Assembly (NCBI GenBank): GCA_023515725.1
Contig: JALDTO010000256.1
Location: forward strand, 1-47,662
Direction: 5' to 3'
From: Amoeboaphelidium protococcarum X5
Taxonomy: Eukaryota; Fungi; Aphelidiomycota
DNA: 47,662 nucleotides
A program made the position numbers and the translations under genes. The notes below the pieces were generated by a model. It was not told where the DNA came from. It saw only the letters and a program-made list of their open reading frames with translations, and searched no databases. The first letter of the stretch is position 1. Every line of letters begins with the position of its first letter. Below are positions 27,599 to 39,870 of the stretch, piece after piece.

Positions 27599-27803
27599 AT
27601 TTAATGTAATACTTGTTGTCCATCTTAACTCTTTTTGCCATGATATATTTACTTGTTATCGATCTCCTCGCATCCTGTCTAAGTGATGCTCCTCACACGC
27701 TATCAAAGTTGAAACTGACGCGCTTGTTCCCACGGTCTGCTTGTTTCCCTTTGTTCCGTTAACTGTAGTTCTCTTTAACGTTACACGGCATCTGGGATTC
27801 GAA

Positions 27804-29822
27804 ATGAAGAGAGTTGTGCGCATAGTAAAATTTTTTTGTATTTTTGTATTTCAGAACTTAATTTATGCATTTGTAGGGATGTTCAAGTGCTTTCTGGGGC
27901 GATTCTATAACGGCCGCATAGCAGTTGGTGGAAAGCGGATAGATTGACTATCTTGTCGCAGACTACCTGGCTGAAGTGACTATGGGCATCTTGGCAAAGA
28001 AGCGAAAGCATACAGCTGATTCGAAGAAGCTGGGAGGTATCATATTGTTATTATCATTAATTGTCATTTACATGTCTTTTAATCATTATGTGTAGGCGCC
28101 GGTGTGGGTGGATATGTGAATGAGTTTGTCACTTTTGTGATTAAACCTCTGCTGCCGTTGATTGTGGAGCGAAAGATTAAAGTTGTGACAAATGCGGGTG
28201 GTCTCAATCCGGTTGGCTTAAAAGAGGCTATCGAAAGCTGTGCCTCAGACATGAATCTAAATGTGGTGGTTGCCGCCGTACATGAAGACGACTTAATGCC
28301 GCGCTTGACAGAAATTTAGTCTGAGAACTTGTTGCAGCCGTTTACTCAAATGGATGGTGATCAGGCAGAGTAGGTACCTCAGAATGTGAAAATAGAAAGT
28401 CTAAATGCTTATATAGGCGCGGAAGGTATTGGTAAAGCTCTAGATGCAGGAGCGTAGATTGTAGTTACTGGTCGCTGTGTTGACAGTGCCATTGTGCTGG
28501 GTCCTCTGTTGCATGAATTCAAATGGCAAATGGATCAGTTTGATCTCCTGGCTGCAGGCTCAGTCGCTGGCCATATTATCGAATGTGGATGTCAGGCTAC
28601 GGGAGGTAATTTTACTGATTGGAAGTTGGCTGCCTACTCCAAGAATGGCGGATACTCTAATATGGGGTATCCTATAGTTGAAGTGTCTCCAGATGGCTCT
28701 TTTGTCGTGACAAAGCCTGATAACACTGGTGGTATTGTCAGTACTCTATCTGTTGGTGAGTAGTTGGTGTACGAGATTGGAGATCCATCTCGGTACATAT
28801 TGCCCGATGTTATTGTGGATTTCACTCAGGTGAAGATGAAGTAGGTGGGCGAGAATCGTGTTTAGATCACTGGCTGCAGAGGTTACGCACCTACGGATTC
28901 TCTGAAAGTAAGCGGAATCTATATGGATGGATACAAGATTACGGCGGAGCTTTTTCTGGCTGGACTGGAGGCTAAAGAAAAGGCTCTGGCTGTTGGATAT
29001 GCAATTATTGAGAAGGTGAAAGGTTTGCTGCAGAAATTCGGCATGGATGACTTTAAAGGATACAGCGTAGAGGCTCTTGGCTGTGAGCACACGTATGGCC
29101 CCAATGTTAGTTCGGCATCGAATAGCCGGGAAGTTGTATTGCGTCTTACTGTACACCATGATCAGGCACAAGCTTTGAAGTTCTTTTTGGTTGAGATTGC
29201 TCCGTCCGCTACGTGTATGGCCCCGGGTATTATTGGAGTTAGTTCTGGAAGACCGAGACCATAGGGGAATATGGTACACTTTAGTAGCTTAATAAGGAAA
29301 GATTTCGTTAAGCCTATGGTTATTGTTGGATAAAAAGAGACTTTCTAGGTTTAATTTAAAAACTATGCAAGTAGTTAATAAACGCCACAATATTAGAATG
29401 TAAATCAGTAGTTATCTATGCGCCCGCTAACTTAAACGATGAAGTAGATTGTGTATGTCCCTTTGATAAAGCTTTGCGTTGCCAGAAGTGGAGATAAAGG
29501 TGATTCTGCTAATATTGGAGTTATAGTTAGGAACGAGTTGTTGTATGAGTGGCTTCTAGCTGTGCTTACTGAGGATTTCATTCACAGTCGATTTAAACAT
29601 CTGATGGCCGCACACGGAAGAGTCAAGAGATATCAACTGCCTGGAATAAAAGCTGTGAATTTCTTAATCACAAACTGTTTGGGTGGAGGAGGATTGAGCT
29701 CTCTCAATATTGATAGATAGGGGAAATCTTACGCGTAATAGCTTCTATCTGCAATGGTGCCCATCGAGTATGCAATGCTCGTGGAGTTTGAAAGTTAACG
29801 CTGCAGCCAATCTAAACTGTGA
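27804..29822 (+). CDS. atuA: AtuA (acyclic terpene utilisation, DUF1446) family protein ending in PTS1 SKL (635 aa); introns 27825-27876 and 28037-28095
   Basis: MKRVVRI|GCSSAFWGDS, DYLVADYLAEVTM, VVTNAGGLNP, NAYIGA, AGHIIECGCQATGGNFTDW, ARSGDKGDSANIGVI, LGGGGLSSLNIDR[TAG]GKSYA[TAA][TAG]LL, ending QSKL-TGA. Confidence 0.92.
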
Positions 29823-30094
29823 ATTTACTCTTGAAATTTAATGTAATTCATTTGAATGCCATTACTTACTCTTGAGTTACTTGATTTATTGTACTCAATA
29901 GGGGATGGGCTAGGATTCAGCCAAGAAATGCCACGTTTGACATTGGTCGCATGCCAAAATGTAACATCCACGTCACGAATCATGTGCACCAGTGTCACAT
30001 TAGGCAATGTCTTACTTGTCACACAAGAGATGGATTAATCTCAGATATATTTTTTTATTTTCAATTTAAGAGAGCAGAAGCTGCATCAATAGAA

Positions 30095-31705
30095 ATGTAT
30101 AGATCGTATTATAGCCTAACATCATAGATCTAATTGTTGGTATTACTACTATTACCGCTAATCTGCGACGGCGCGCCTGTTTCAAACTCGAGATAATCTC
30201 GATCAATTTTGGATAATTTCCCGCTAGCAACTAGACATGGCAAGAGCGATAGTGGAATAGCAGAGCAATAGTAATAGGGGTTATAGCTAAAGTCTTCCCG
30301 GTCTTCAGAATCTATAGCATAAGATAGCTTTTAGCCTGTTGGAGGTAGTCCAAATGGCGGCGCTGCGCTCACACAGTTAGAGTAGCGACTAAATCACGCT
30401 CGACTGCATAGTACTCCAAGAATCAGTGATAATGTTGATACTGAGTCTGTCCGCAGTCTGTCCAGTTATGATAGATTGGAGCTGCCATCGCGACTTAGCA
30501 TAAGTAGACGCAGCTCATCTGGTAGTATATCGTCAACAATGAGGATGCTGTCTAAAAGCGATCATATCGTGAAGTAGGCACTTGAACTGAAAACCGTAAC
30601 TGAGCAGAGACAGTTGCTTTGGTCTGAATTTGTGACGCGTCAGTATAGTCGTGAGATTAACGGTGAACAATACGTCACTATGTTTGAAGTCAACTTTGAT
30701 CTCATGATGGAGAAGGCGAAGGAGGTTGACTCTGGGTTCAGGTAGCAGCTGGTTGCCAACTTTAACCAATTTGGATTGGAGCGAGGAGGTAGCTCACCTC
30801 TCACGGACGAAGGTCGGGGTGTTTTCTCTGACGAAGATTTGTAATGTGGACTTGATACTGACGCGTCATTTTGTAATCAGTAAATACGTAGCTTCATTAG
30901 TCAGCCATAGTTCAATGAGTTGGACTGGTAGGAAATGCCGTTGTATTTCATCAGCGATGCTTTGGATATCATCATTTGGAAAAATGATGAACAGCCAGAC
31001 TTTTGCGCGCCTGATAATGCTTGGGAGTCTTGGATGAAATAGATTGTGGCCGAGAAGGAGAAGTCTTATGTTGGATGGGCTCAATACACTGGATAGCCGC
31101 TCAAGTTTTCACCATTAGAAGTCATCCTTGAGATGATGTCCAAGTCGCGTTATTACTTACGGGGGAATGCTTAAAAATGGTACGCCGAAGGTGCTCTAGG
31201 TTGGGACCATTTTGCATAATTCGCCAAGGCTTTGGACAGAATGTAGTCCAACTTGGCAAAGCTAAACTTTCCATATAGAATTGAGGATTATGGTCGCTTC
31301 ACATACAAGCAGTACTCTAAAATGTTTGTCGGTCCCTGTTAGCTAGGTATCTGCGATGGTAGAGAGGCGATTATACCTGAGCGGATGATTCAGTTTTACA
31401 AAAAGTTCATCAAGCACGGTGTGATTTAGTTTGCGACAGCTCTATCCCATGCTATTCCTCAGTTTTAGCGTAAGTACCGAGAAGTTATGATGTAGCAGCC
31501 TTCAGAAGATGAAGCAAAGGACCTTTTAAGAAGTGCGTTGCGTATAATAAACATGAGTGAAAACCGGTTAGTACCTCGTATCAATGGCCAATCGTTATTC
31601 ATGAACTTGATCGACTATGCTCGGAAGATTATGGATCGAGACGGCAGTGGGAACATTAAACTCTAAGCGAAAGTATGTAGTGCTTAGGAACAGAGAATGT
31701 ACTGA
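30095..31705 (+). CDS. Secreted protein of unknown function (536 aa)
   Basis: Open frame with TAR=Gln, absent from the ORF track. Signal peptide MYRSYYSLTSQIQLLVLLLLPLICDG/APV, Ser-rich linker, Trp/Tyr-rich globular region. Ends TGA TGA. Confidence 0.78.
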
Positions 31706-31921
31706 TGAAATAGAGTTTTTTTAAATGATACATACATAGTACTTTAAAAATCGATTTTGCATCTAAATTGCCAGACGTGTTTACCGTGCACTCTGATCAA
31801 GTCTAATATTCAAAGCTCAAGAGGCATCGAAACCCAAAACTGAAGGTGCATACACATAGATGATAATAAGATAACCAGTTATAATAAAACATTCAATATT
31901 ATAGAATTTCAAAGTATGATA

Positions 31922-33094
31922 TCAACGAGGTAACGCATTCTGCTCTTCTGCAGCAGCTTAAGTGGATACCTTAACACCTGGGTTAATGACCAAATAGCCA
32001 GTCTTGACACCTTTCTCTTTGACCTCTCCTTTCATAACTAGATATCCCTCCTTAACTAGATCTGATCTCGTATAATCAGAACTCTACTGCAGACTTTAAT
32101 CAACATATAAACTAGCAATAGGGCGATTATCGTCCACCACTTGAGTTTGAGGCGACACGCAAGGATCTGGACGCGCTGGCTCCAAAGAAGAACTTGACAG
32201 GGTACTGGATAGCTCCTGAAGCTGCTTCTGCAATCTCTCAGTCTCCATCATGTGCCATCGTAATTCATCTTCGAGCGTGTCAGCAGCAGAAGACTTTACT
32301 TCAACCTTCTTCGCGGCCGGTGAGGTTGATGGTTTGACAGTTTCATCAGACTCACGTTGAATGTTCAAATCCTCCATCTTTTTATTTACATATTATTCTT
32401 ACTGAGCTAATTCTTCCTATTTCAATTCTTCTTCAGTAGCCTCATACGATGTCTTTACACAAATTACGGGGATCTTGCAATGGTGCGCTATATAGTCTGA
32501 TACGCTGCCAAGCAGGACGCGCTTCAACTTATTCTAACCACGCGACCCAATAATCAAAGCACTAGCATTCAACTCCTCGGCCTTCCTAATTAGTTCATCG
32601 CGCGGGTCTCCTCTCATCACAACGCCCTTTATCACAATCTTAAAGTCAGGATCCATGGCACTCTTCATCCCATAATGCTTCATCATCTTCTGACCATACA
32701 ACTTGATCAGGGCATGAGCCTGCAAACGAGACTTCTCCTCAGCCTCACTGATGTATTCGCCAAAGTCCATATAGCCATACGCACCAGGAACTAGAACAGG
32801 TTCACGCACAGTAGTCAGAACAACCAGATCATTTCCCTATGGGCGTATGAAGTTATGCATTGCCCATTCGAAGGCTTTGTCTGATGCAATGCTGTTGTCC
32901 AATGCAATAAGAACAGTCCTAGCGAATCGAGGTGTCGAATTCATATCACCTTCCGTAATTCTGCACTATCTTGGTTACAACGATGGAGAATGATTACCAC
33001 CACCATCAGAGGAAACGTGTTCGTCATAAGCCTCACCACTCACAATTCTCTAGCTGTCTTGGCCTTGAGACACACTTGCGCCTGATGTCATCAT
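31922..33094 (-). CDS. Universal stress protein (UspA domain) with a C-terminal extension (390 aa)
   Basis: RTVLIALDNSIASDKAFEWAM, GDPRDELIRKAEELNASALIIGSRG[TAG]NKLKRVLLGSVSDYIAHHCKIPVICVK. Confidence 0.92.
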
Positions 33095-33618
33095 TTCGCA
33101 GTTTCAATACGTAACAATTAATTATGATTTTTGACTATATAGTATTAAAATACAAAGTCTTAGAAAAGGGGATGGAGAATGCTATAAAGCAATTTCGCAC
33201 AGTATTACAAATAGTGGGTGGATATTAGTAATGATAATGTGTCACCGCTATGATGGCTTGATGATTCATACGCGTGCTTCCAACTCATTCCGAATTTCAT
33301 ATTTCTTTGGCTGAAACTATTGCAATTGAATGATTGCTTTGCATAGTCCTAGCATTAATGATTTATCATTTAAGCTAGTTGAAAATAGACCAAGAGTAAA
33401 TAATATAATACGCGTGATACAGGATAGTAATTCAAGTGGAAACTGTCTCAGAGTTTAACCATTATGCAACGATCCATTAACGTGATTCATTTTGACAGCT
33501 TCGTTCGTTATTCACGCCGTGCTTATCATTGTGGACCATATGAATACTTAAGATATCATCCTTTTTACTTCAGCCTTTTTCAGCATTTTAAAATCGAATC
33601 TTTTAAAAACAGCTCAAC

Positions 33619-34263
33619 ATGCATAATCCGGAGAAGGAGGCACCTGAACATGTAAAGTCAATTTTGAGTGTTGACAGAAGGGCACAGGAGGAGTCGATGA
33701 AGTAGATTTACGCTCGCGACGCAGAGTTTCGTTACATTTGGCTGCATGCGTTCGGTCAGGGCGAGATTTTGAAACTTATGAAGTTGTGGTCTTATTGTCA
33801 TCATGAACTAATTCCTGAGATCCATCATGTTCATTTTGATATGGAGAGGCAGATTCTTACTGTCGAGTTAACTGAACATTCAATCCCGCTGCTGGCCAGG
33901 TACATGCCTCGCTTACCGAATCCTTATGCTCAGAAGAATAAGATTTTACCGTACGCGTCGTTTAAGATATTTGTTAGCGCAAACTTTGAAATGACCAAGA
34001 CTCAAGATGGTTGGAAGGTGGTAAGATAGCAAGATTACTTTAGAAGTGATCCAATCTTTATTGTACTAGTTGGTGTTCTTTATTTGTGCTTCGTAAGGCC
34101 TTGGCTACCTGCCATCAGTTTCCTGCCTCCTGTGAAACAGATTCTGCGCAATGAAACAATTATTTATGACGTTGTTCCCAACTTGGTCAAGCGTGTATTT
34201 ACATTGATTGCGATCATTTATCTGAATGTAATTGATCTATTGATTAGTAGAATGGCACAGTGA
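33619..34263 (+). CDS. NTF2/SnoaL-like fold protein with a hydrophobic C-terminus (214 aa)
   Basis: MHNPEKEAPEHVKSIL...IYARDAEFRY...GQGEILKLMKLW...WKVVR[TAG]QDYF matches the SnoaL/NTF2 pattern seen in a fungal family that starts M(E/H)(N/D)P. Confidence 0.6.
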
Positions 34264-34329
34264 GTTTACTTTAAATGATATTGGCGTTCTTCTCCCCTTC
34301 TTTTGTAATTAACAATTTTCATTAAGATC

Positions 34330-35416
34330 ATGGTGAGCGAAAAGATGCCCGTGAAAATTGCCGTAATTGGCGGATCTGGAATATACCATGTGGATCATAT
34401 GGAGCTGGTGGATGAAGTCTATCCATTGACTGTAATATTTTTATTTTCCATCTTGCCATTACTTATTACTTTTGTATGTAAATGTGTGTAGCCTTGGGGA
34501 TATCCGTCAGACAAGATCAAGATCTGCAATCACTCTGAAGGTGGATTTCAGATTGCATTTCTGTCAAGACATGGCAAAGGTCACGTCTATAATCCATCAG
34601 AGGTTCCCTATCGCGCCAATATAGCTGCTCTAAAATCTTTAGGTGTTGAAGTAATTATTGCATTCTCTGCGGTAATCTATTTCGTGTATCTCACGCGTTT
34701 TTTATCAATAATGCTTGTCATTCACTTTTGTAATGTAGGTCGGCTCACTGAAGGAGCATATCAAACCGATGGATTTTGTTCTTCCAAGTCAGCTAGTTGA
34801 TAGAACTAAAGGTGTCCGTGATCATACATTTTTTGATAATGGAGTTGTGGCTCATGTCGGATTTGGAGACCCTATCACGCAAGAGCTGAGCGATATGATT
34901 CTTCAAGCAGCCAAGTAGGATGGTGTAATGCGTCCACACTCGGCTGAAGAGTAAATCACTATACATTAGGATTGTACTTTGGTGGTAATGGAGGGCCCGG
35001 CTTTTTCTACGCGTGCAGAATCCAATTTCTATCGCTCTGTTAATGGCCTGAATGCCGATGTCATCAACATGTCGTCCCTGCCAGAAGCAAAACTGGCCAG
35101 AGAAGCAGAGATATCATACGCTGTCGTCTGCATGGCCACTGATTATGATTGTTGGCGTGAGAGTGAGGAATCTGTTTCCGTAGAGGGAGTGATAAAAGTG
35201 ATGCACCACAATTCCGATAATGCAAAGCGTCTTCTTTCTGCACTGTTAGACACTGTAGAGAGTAGAATGAAAGCCAACAATGGTCAGTTGCTGGCCGGCA
35301 CTGGTCGTGGAGCGGTAATCTAGGGAAGTATGAAGCATGCTGTGATCACATCCCCACACCACCGCAACGCAGATCAAGTCAAGAAACTTGATTACATTCT
35401 ACCAGGATATTTTTGA
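34330..35416 (+). CDS. MEU1: S-methyl-5'-thioadenosine phosphorylase (MTAP, 319 aa); introns 34432-34491 and 34672-34738
   Basis: IAVIGGSG, T|[33 protein letters not shown]|[41 protein letters not shown]. Confidence 0.96.
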
Positions 35417-35529
35417 ATAAAGTTTTTTTATTCCTAAACCAAAAAAATAGTTTTATACTGTAGAACGCGTGCACTTCGTTGCTCTTTACCATTGGCTATC
35501 TCTCTTTTCCCCGCTAACTGTATTTTGAA

Positions 35530-35971
35530 ATGACCTTTAGAACGGCACTTTTATCCGCTGTTGCAGGTGGAGTTACCTCTGTGCTGACATATTAATATAT
35601 TCATGAATAGTTACATCCTAGTGAATAATCATACGGGAATGATCAAACAACTAGTCAGCAATCATTGACAAGTTAGATTTCAGAGACTTATCATAATGCC
35701 TTAGCTATGGTTGGATAATCTTAGAGTGGCTCTCAGTCATTAAAGAAGAGTGTAAATGACTTGGATCTAGACAAATTCAAGGTACAATTGTTATTATAAA
35801 CACGAAACTGATCATTGTAACTTCAGTGTGTATGTGTAGGTGTCTCAAGCTGATGCCGTGTCTTAGAAGCAGTCTGTGGACAAGGAGCTTGGCTATCAAG
35901 TGCGGCGATGGAAAGACGCCTGGAATACTCAGATTTACAACTTAGGTGAACAACTTAATAAATACTTATGA
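35530..35971 (+). CDS. MICOS subunit Mic12/Aim5-like small mitochondrial protein (127 aa); intron 35782-35839
   Basis: N-terminal anchor LLSAVAGGVTSVLTY and C-terminal WKDAWNTQI motif typical of Mic12. The 58-nt intron is GTACAA...GTGTAG. Confidence 0.6.
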
Positions 35972-36181
35972 CTTTATTAATGGTACACCTTGGTCTTAGA
36001 CTCTTGATATTTGGATAAGAGTGATAATAGGTTGGTAAAGTTGACAAAGTCTTCCTTCTTGTTCGATTCAAGTCGTCGCGTGAGACAAAACTTCTATTTT
36101 TGACATGAAGCATCTTCGTTCATCTTTTTCCATTTTAAATCACATCAGGGAATATTTTTGAATTAAATATTTGAGATAAAA

Positions 36182-36787
36182 ATGCTAGCTGTTAGATACG
36201 CATGTGATCCTTGTATAAGAGGCCACAGAGCCTATAAGTGTCGTCATACTGATAGGACATTGCGTCCAGTAAGATAGAAAGGTCGACCTCAGACGCAGTG
36301 TGCAGAGTGCAAGAAGATTCGAAATAGATTTAATAACCACATCAAATGTACTCACTAAAATTCATAACAGTAATAATCATCATCAGATTAACAGTTACAG
36401 AGTGACGAAGTGGATCAATTTCCACAATTTGATACTCCACAAATGATGGATGTTGATTAGATTGTGGACGAGCTGTAGAATATCCCTGCTGAAACACTGG
36501 TGCCGCGTGACTGTAGTTTGCACTTGGATTGTTCATGTCGGGGTGGAATATGTTGCGGTCCGTCATATAATGAATCATAGTGGCAGTAATGTGACTCTTG
36601 CTCAATATCTTGTACTTGCAGATACAAGTTGTATTAGATGCCTGAATAGCAGGATCAACCGGTCTTATCATCATAAATGAACATTGTGCAGGCCGTGCTC
36701 GATGCTCAGCGTTGCTCTTGTGGATGTTTCAAAAAGTTGTCAGACTGCAGTGACTGCCTCAAAGACGATTGCTCTCTACTCACGTGA
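36182..36787 (+). CDS. Copper-fist transcription factor (Ace1/Mac1/Haa1 family) with a Cys-rich C-terminus (201 aa)
   Basis: RYACDPCIRGHRAYKCRHTDRTLRPVR[TAG]KGRPQTQCAECKKIR...HIKC. C-terminal Cys clusters CSCRGGICCG, CDSCSISCTC and CSCGC..DCSDC..DC. Missing from the ORF track. Confidence 0.93.
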
Positions 36788-36909
36788 TTTTTTAAAGTTC
36801 ATTCATTTAACAAAATGGGTTTTCATTTTAAAATTTATAATTACTGTTCGAAAGGTATTTTCTTCTTGGTCATTGATTGAGTTATTTTCGCCGATTGGCC
36901 AAGAGTGAA

Positions 36910-39768
36910 ATGTTGCAGCAACTGATCACTGATTAAATCAAGAGTGAGAATGCGTTGGTCATTGTAGCACCAGGTCTGGGCATATTTGGCTCTATCTTGT
37001 AATGGATAGTTGCCTGTATAAAAGTAGATTTAAGTGAAAATGGTAGTAATGAAGTGCCATTAGTATTTCTGCTGAATGCATCAGATGAAGAAAATCAACT
37101 AATTCGAGACTCAATTCAACGTTATGGCCTGCGACAGAAGTAGGGTGAATTGTTCCGAGTAGTCGACTCGACTCTCTCCGTTCAGGATAGACAGAAGCTA
37201 TATCTACGGGGTGGAGTGATCAGTGTTAGTACGAGATTTCTTGTAGTTGACTGGTTGAACGACCGCGTTCCGTATCCTCTAGTCTCTGGCGTAATTCTGA
37301 TGCACGCGGACAAGTTGGCCAAAAGTCTTGAGGCGTCTTATGAGTCATTTGCGCTGAAACTGTTTCGCGAGTCTAATCAGGCCGGTTTCATAAAGGCTTT
37401 CAGTGACAGGCCGGAAGCTTTCGCGGCTGGTTTCAACCGATTGGAGAAGACGCTGCGGTATCTCCATGTTGATCAAGTGTACTTTTACCCGCGATTTCAT
37501 GTTCAGATAGTCTAATCACTCGAGGCAGTCAGTATAGACATGCATGAATGTTAACAGCCAATGACTGCTGCAATGAATCTGATTTAACGCGCCCTGATCG
37601 ACATTATGGATGGTCTCTTGCTGGAGATTCGGAGATCTAATCAAAATCTAGATGCGGAGATTCTGACAGTGGAGAATGCCCTTAGCAAAGATTTTGATTT
37701 TTAGCTTCGACTCCTCTTAGATCCACAGTGGCATCGAGTATCTCCGCGAATGAAGAGGACCATATCAGACTTGACAGAGATGAGAAAGTTGCTCAAGTAC
37801 CTGGTGTAGTATGATTGCATTTCCTTTTGGGAGTACTTGGAGAATGCACTTCTCAGTGAAGGATTGAATAGGGACGGCTTTGTTAGTCCGTGGCTCACTA
37901 TGGATGCTTCAGATACTCTGATAAAGTATGCAAGAGAACGCGTATATAAAGTCACTAATGGTGATTCTGGAGTTAAGTAGTTGCAAACTGTTTTAGAGTT
38001 GAATCCAAAGTGGATTTTGGTTTAGGAATTGATCAAGGATTTATAAACTTTGAGTAGCGATATATCAAGGCCACGCAGGATTCTGATTTTAGTGAATGAT
38101 ATCAAGACTTCATATTAATTGAAAGAGTTTTTGTGCTGTGATAGAGATGGGATTACAGATTAGAATAAGCAAGGTTCAGATAATCATTATATGTAAAAGC
38201 TGTGGTCCAAGTATACTTATCGTTCATAATAAATGAAGACTTTGATCACAAAACTAAAATAGCAATCTCCTAGTAATGATATGGCCTAATAACCGTCACT
38301 TACTACAACATCTGACAATGGCGAGTAGCAGCGATCATAACAAGCCATAGCATAGCCTGCTAGGAAGAGATAGCGTAGATAGAGGGGTGCTCATAATTAG
38401 CTGTGTGGAACAATACCAGCCGGTGATAAGAGTAAGAGCGCAGAGCTAAAGTTTGAGAGTATGCTTAATCAGATATAAGAGGAGGGAATGCATACTTTAG
38501 AGGCTACAGATGACATGGACGATCTTTATGACGACTCCTTGCAAGCACCATAGACTGCCATTGGTGAATTGGCTATGATAAGCAACGACTCCACTCATAT
38601 AGTTATTCAAGTGTATGATAACGACAATTATGGTATTGCTTAGTAGCATTTATAGGATTTTCATCCAGACGCGGTTATCATGATGGACCCCAATCCGTAG
38701 TATATTCGTGAAATTGAAAGCTTTGCACTACTGAATCCATCTCATAAACTGCAAGTGTATTTTGTCGTTTACGAACATTCTGTTGAAGAGTAGAGATACC
38801 TCACCACCATCAAGAAGGAGAAGCAGGCTTTCGAGCGTTTGATTAGGGAGAAATCCATGCTATCTGTGCGCGAGGGAGATTTGAGAGTTCATCGAGAGGA
38901 GCTGTCTTCATCTAATGCTCTAGTGAATAGAAATAGAATTGGAGGTGGTTCATTGCAGCTGGATTTACCTGCTTTGAATGCTTCTGCGCCACTAGCTGAG
39001 AGGCCATTGATAATTGTAGATATGCGCGAGTTCAGATCACAGTTGCCTGTTATACTTCACGCTAATGGATTTCATGTTAGGCCGATTTAAATTGAAATTG
39101 GCGATTATATCCTTACTCCAAAGATTTGTGTTGAACGTAAGAGCTTACCCGATCTGGTGGGCAGTATTTAGTCGGGCAGATTATTTAGTTAGTTGGAAGC
39201 CATGTCGCTGCACTATGAGACTGTCATTCTACTGATTGAGTTTGATCCTGGCAAGTCGTTCTCGCTTCAAGATATAAAGATTCACACTACCGGCTCAAAT
39301 GCTCAGTAGAGTACCGTTATCCAACGGTTGGTGTAATTTACGCTATAATTTCCGAACATGAGAATTGTTTGGTCAACATCTCCGCATGCAACTGCTGATA
39401 TATTCAAGGATCTCAAGTTGAAATAACCGGATCCTGACGTAGAGGCTGTTATGCGCATTGGTGCAGACGTTTTTCTCTAATAACAGCCTTAGAATCATAT
39501 TGACAATGGTTCTAGTCGTACAGTGGACAACAATGACAATGGCGATTCGGCGGCTAATTCAACGTCTCTGGAATTCAATGTGATCCCTGTTGATATGCTT
39601 CGCTATATGCCTGGCTGCGAAGGACTCTCTTGGAAATATCTGGTAAATCAAGTTTAAGATCTAAAAGAGCTTTGCATGAAATCTCTGGCCGAATTATCAA
39701 GTATCTTGGGCAATGATGAAGGCGCTCGATAACTGCACAAATTTCTTCATGACAGTTAGAACACGTGA
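36910..39768 (+). CDS. RAD1: XPF/ERCC4/Rad1 DNA repair endonuclease (about 952 aa; start uncertain)
   Basis: ALVIVAPGLG, LYLRGGVISVSTRFLVVD, FIKAFSDRPE, YPRFHVQI, SVEE[TAG]RYL..KEKQAFERLIREK, IIVDMREFRSQLP, IGDYILTPKICVERKSLPDL..SGRLFS[TAG], C-terminal HhH. Confidence 0.95.
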
Positions 39769-39870
39769 AGGGATTATACTTGTGTGATATACACTGACTA
39801 ATAAATGGGATTGTTTAATTAAATAAAAGTTCATATGCTCTGACAGTTAAGTTTACAACTAGTAAGAAAA

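Noticed and set aside
36342-36674. Minus-strand 110-aa ORF from the track
   Set aside because: Antisense to the copper-fist gene, which has clear family motifs on the plus strand.
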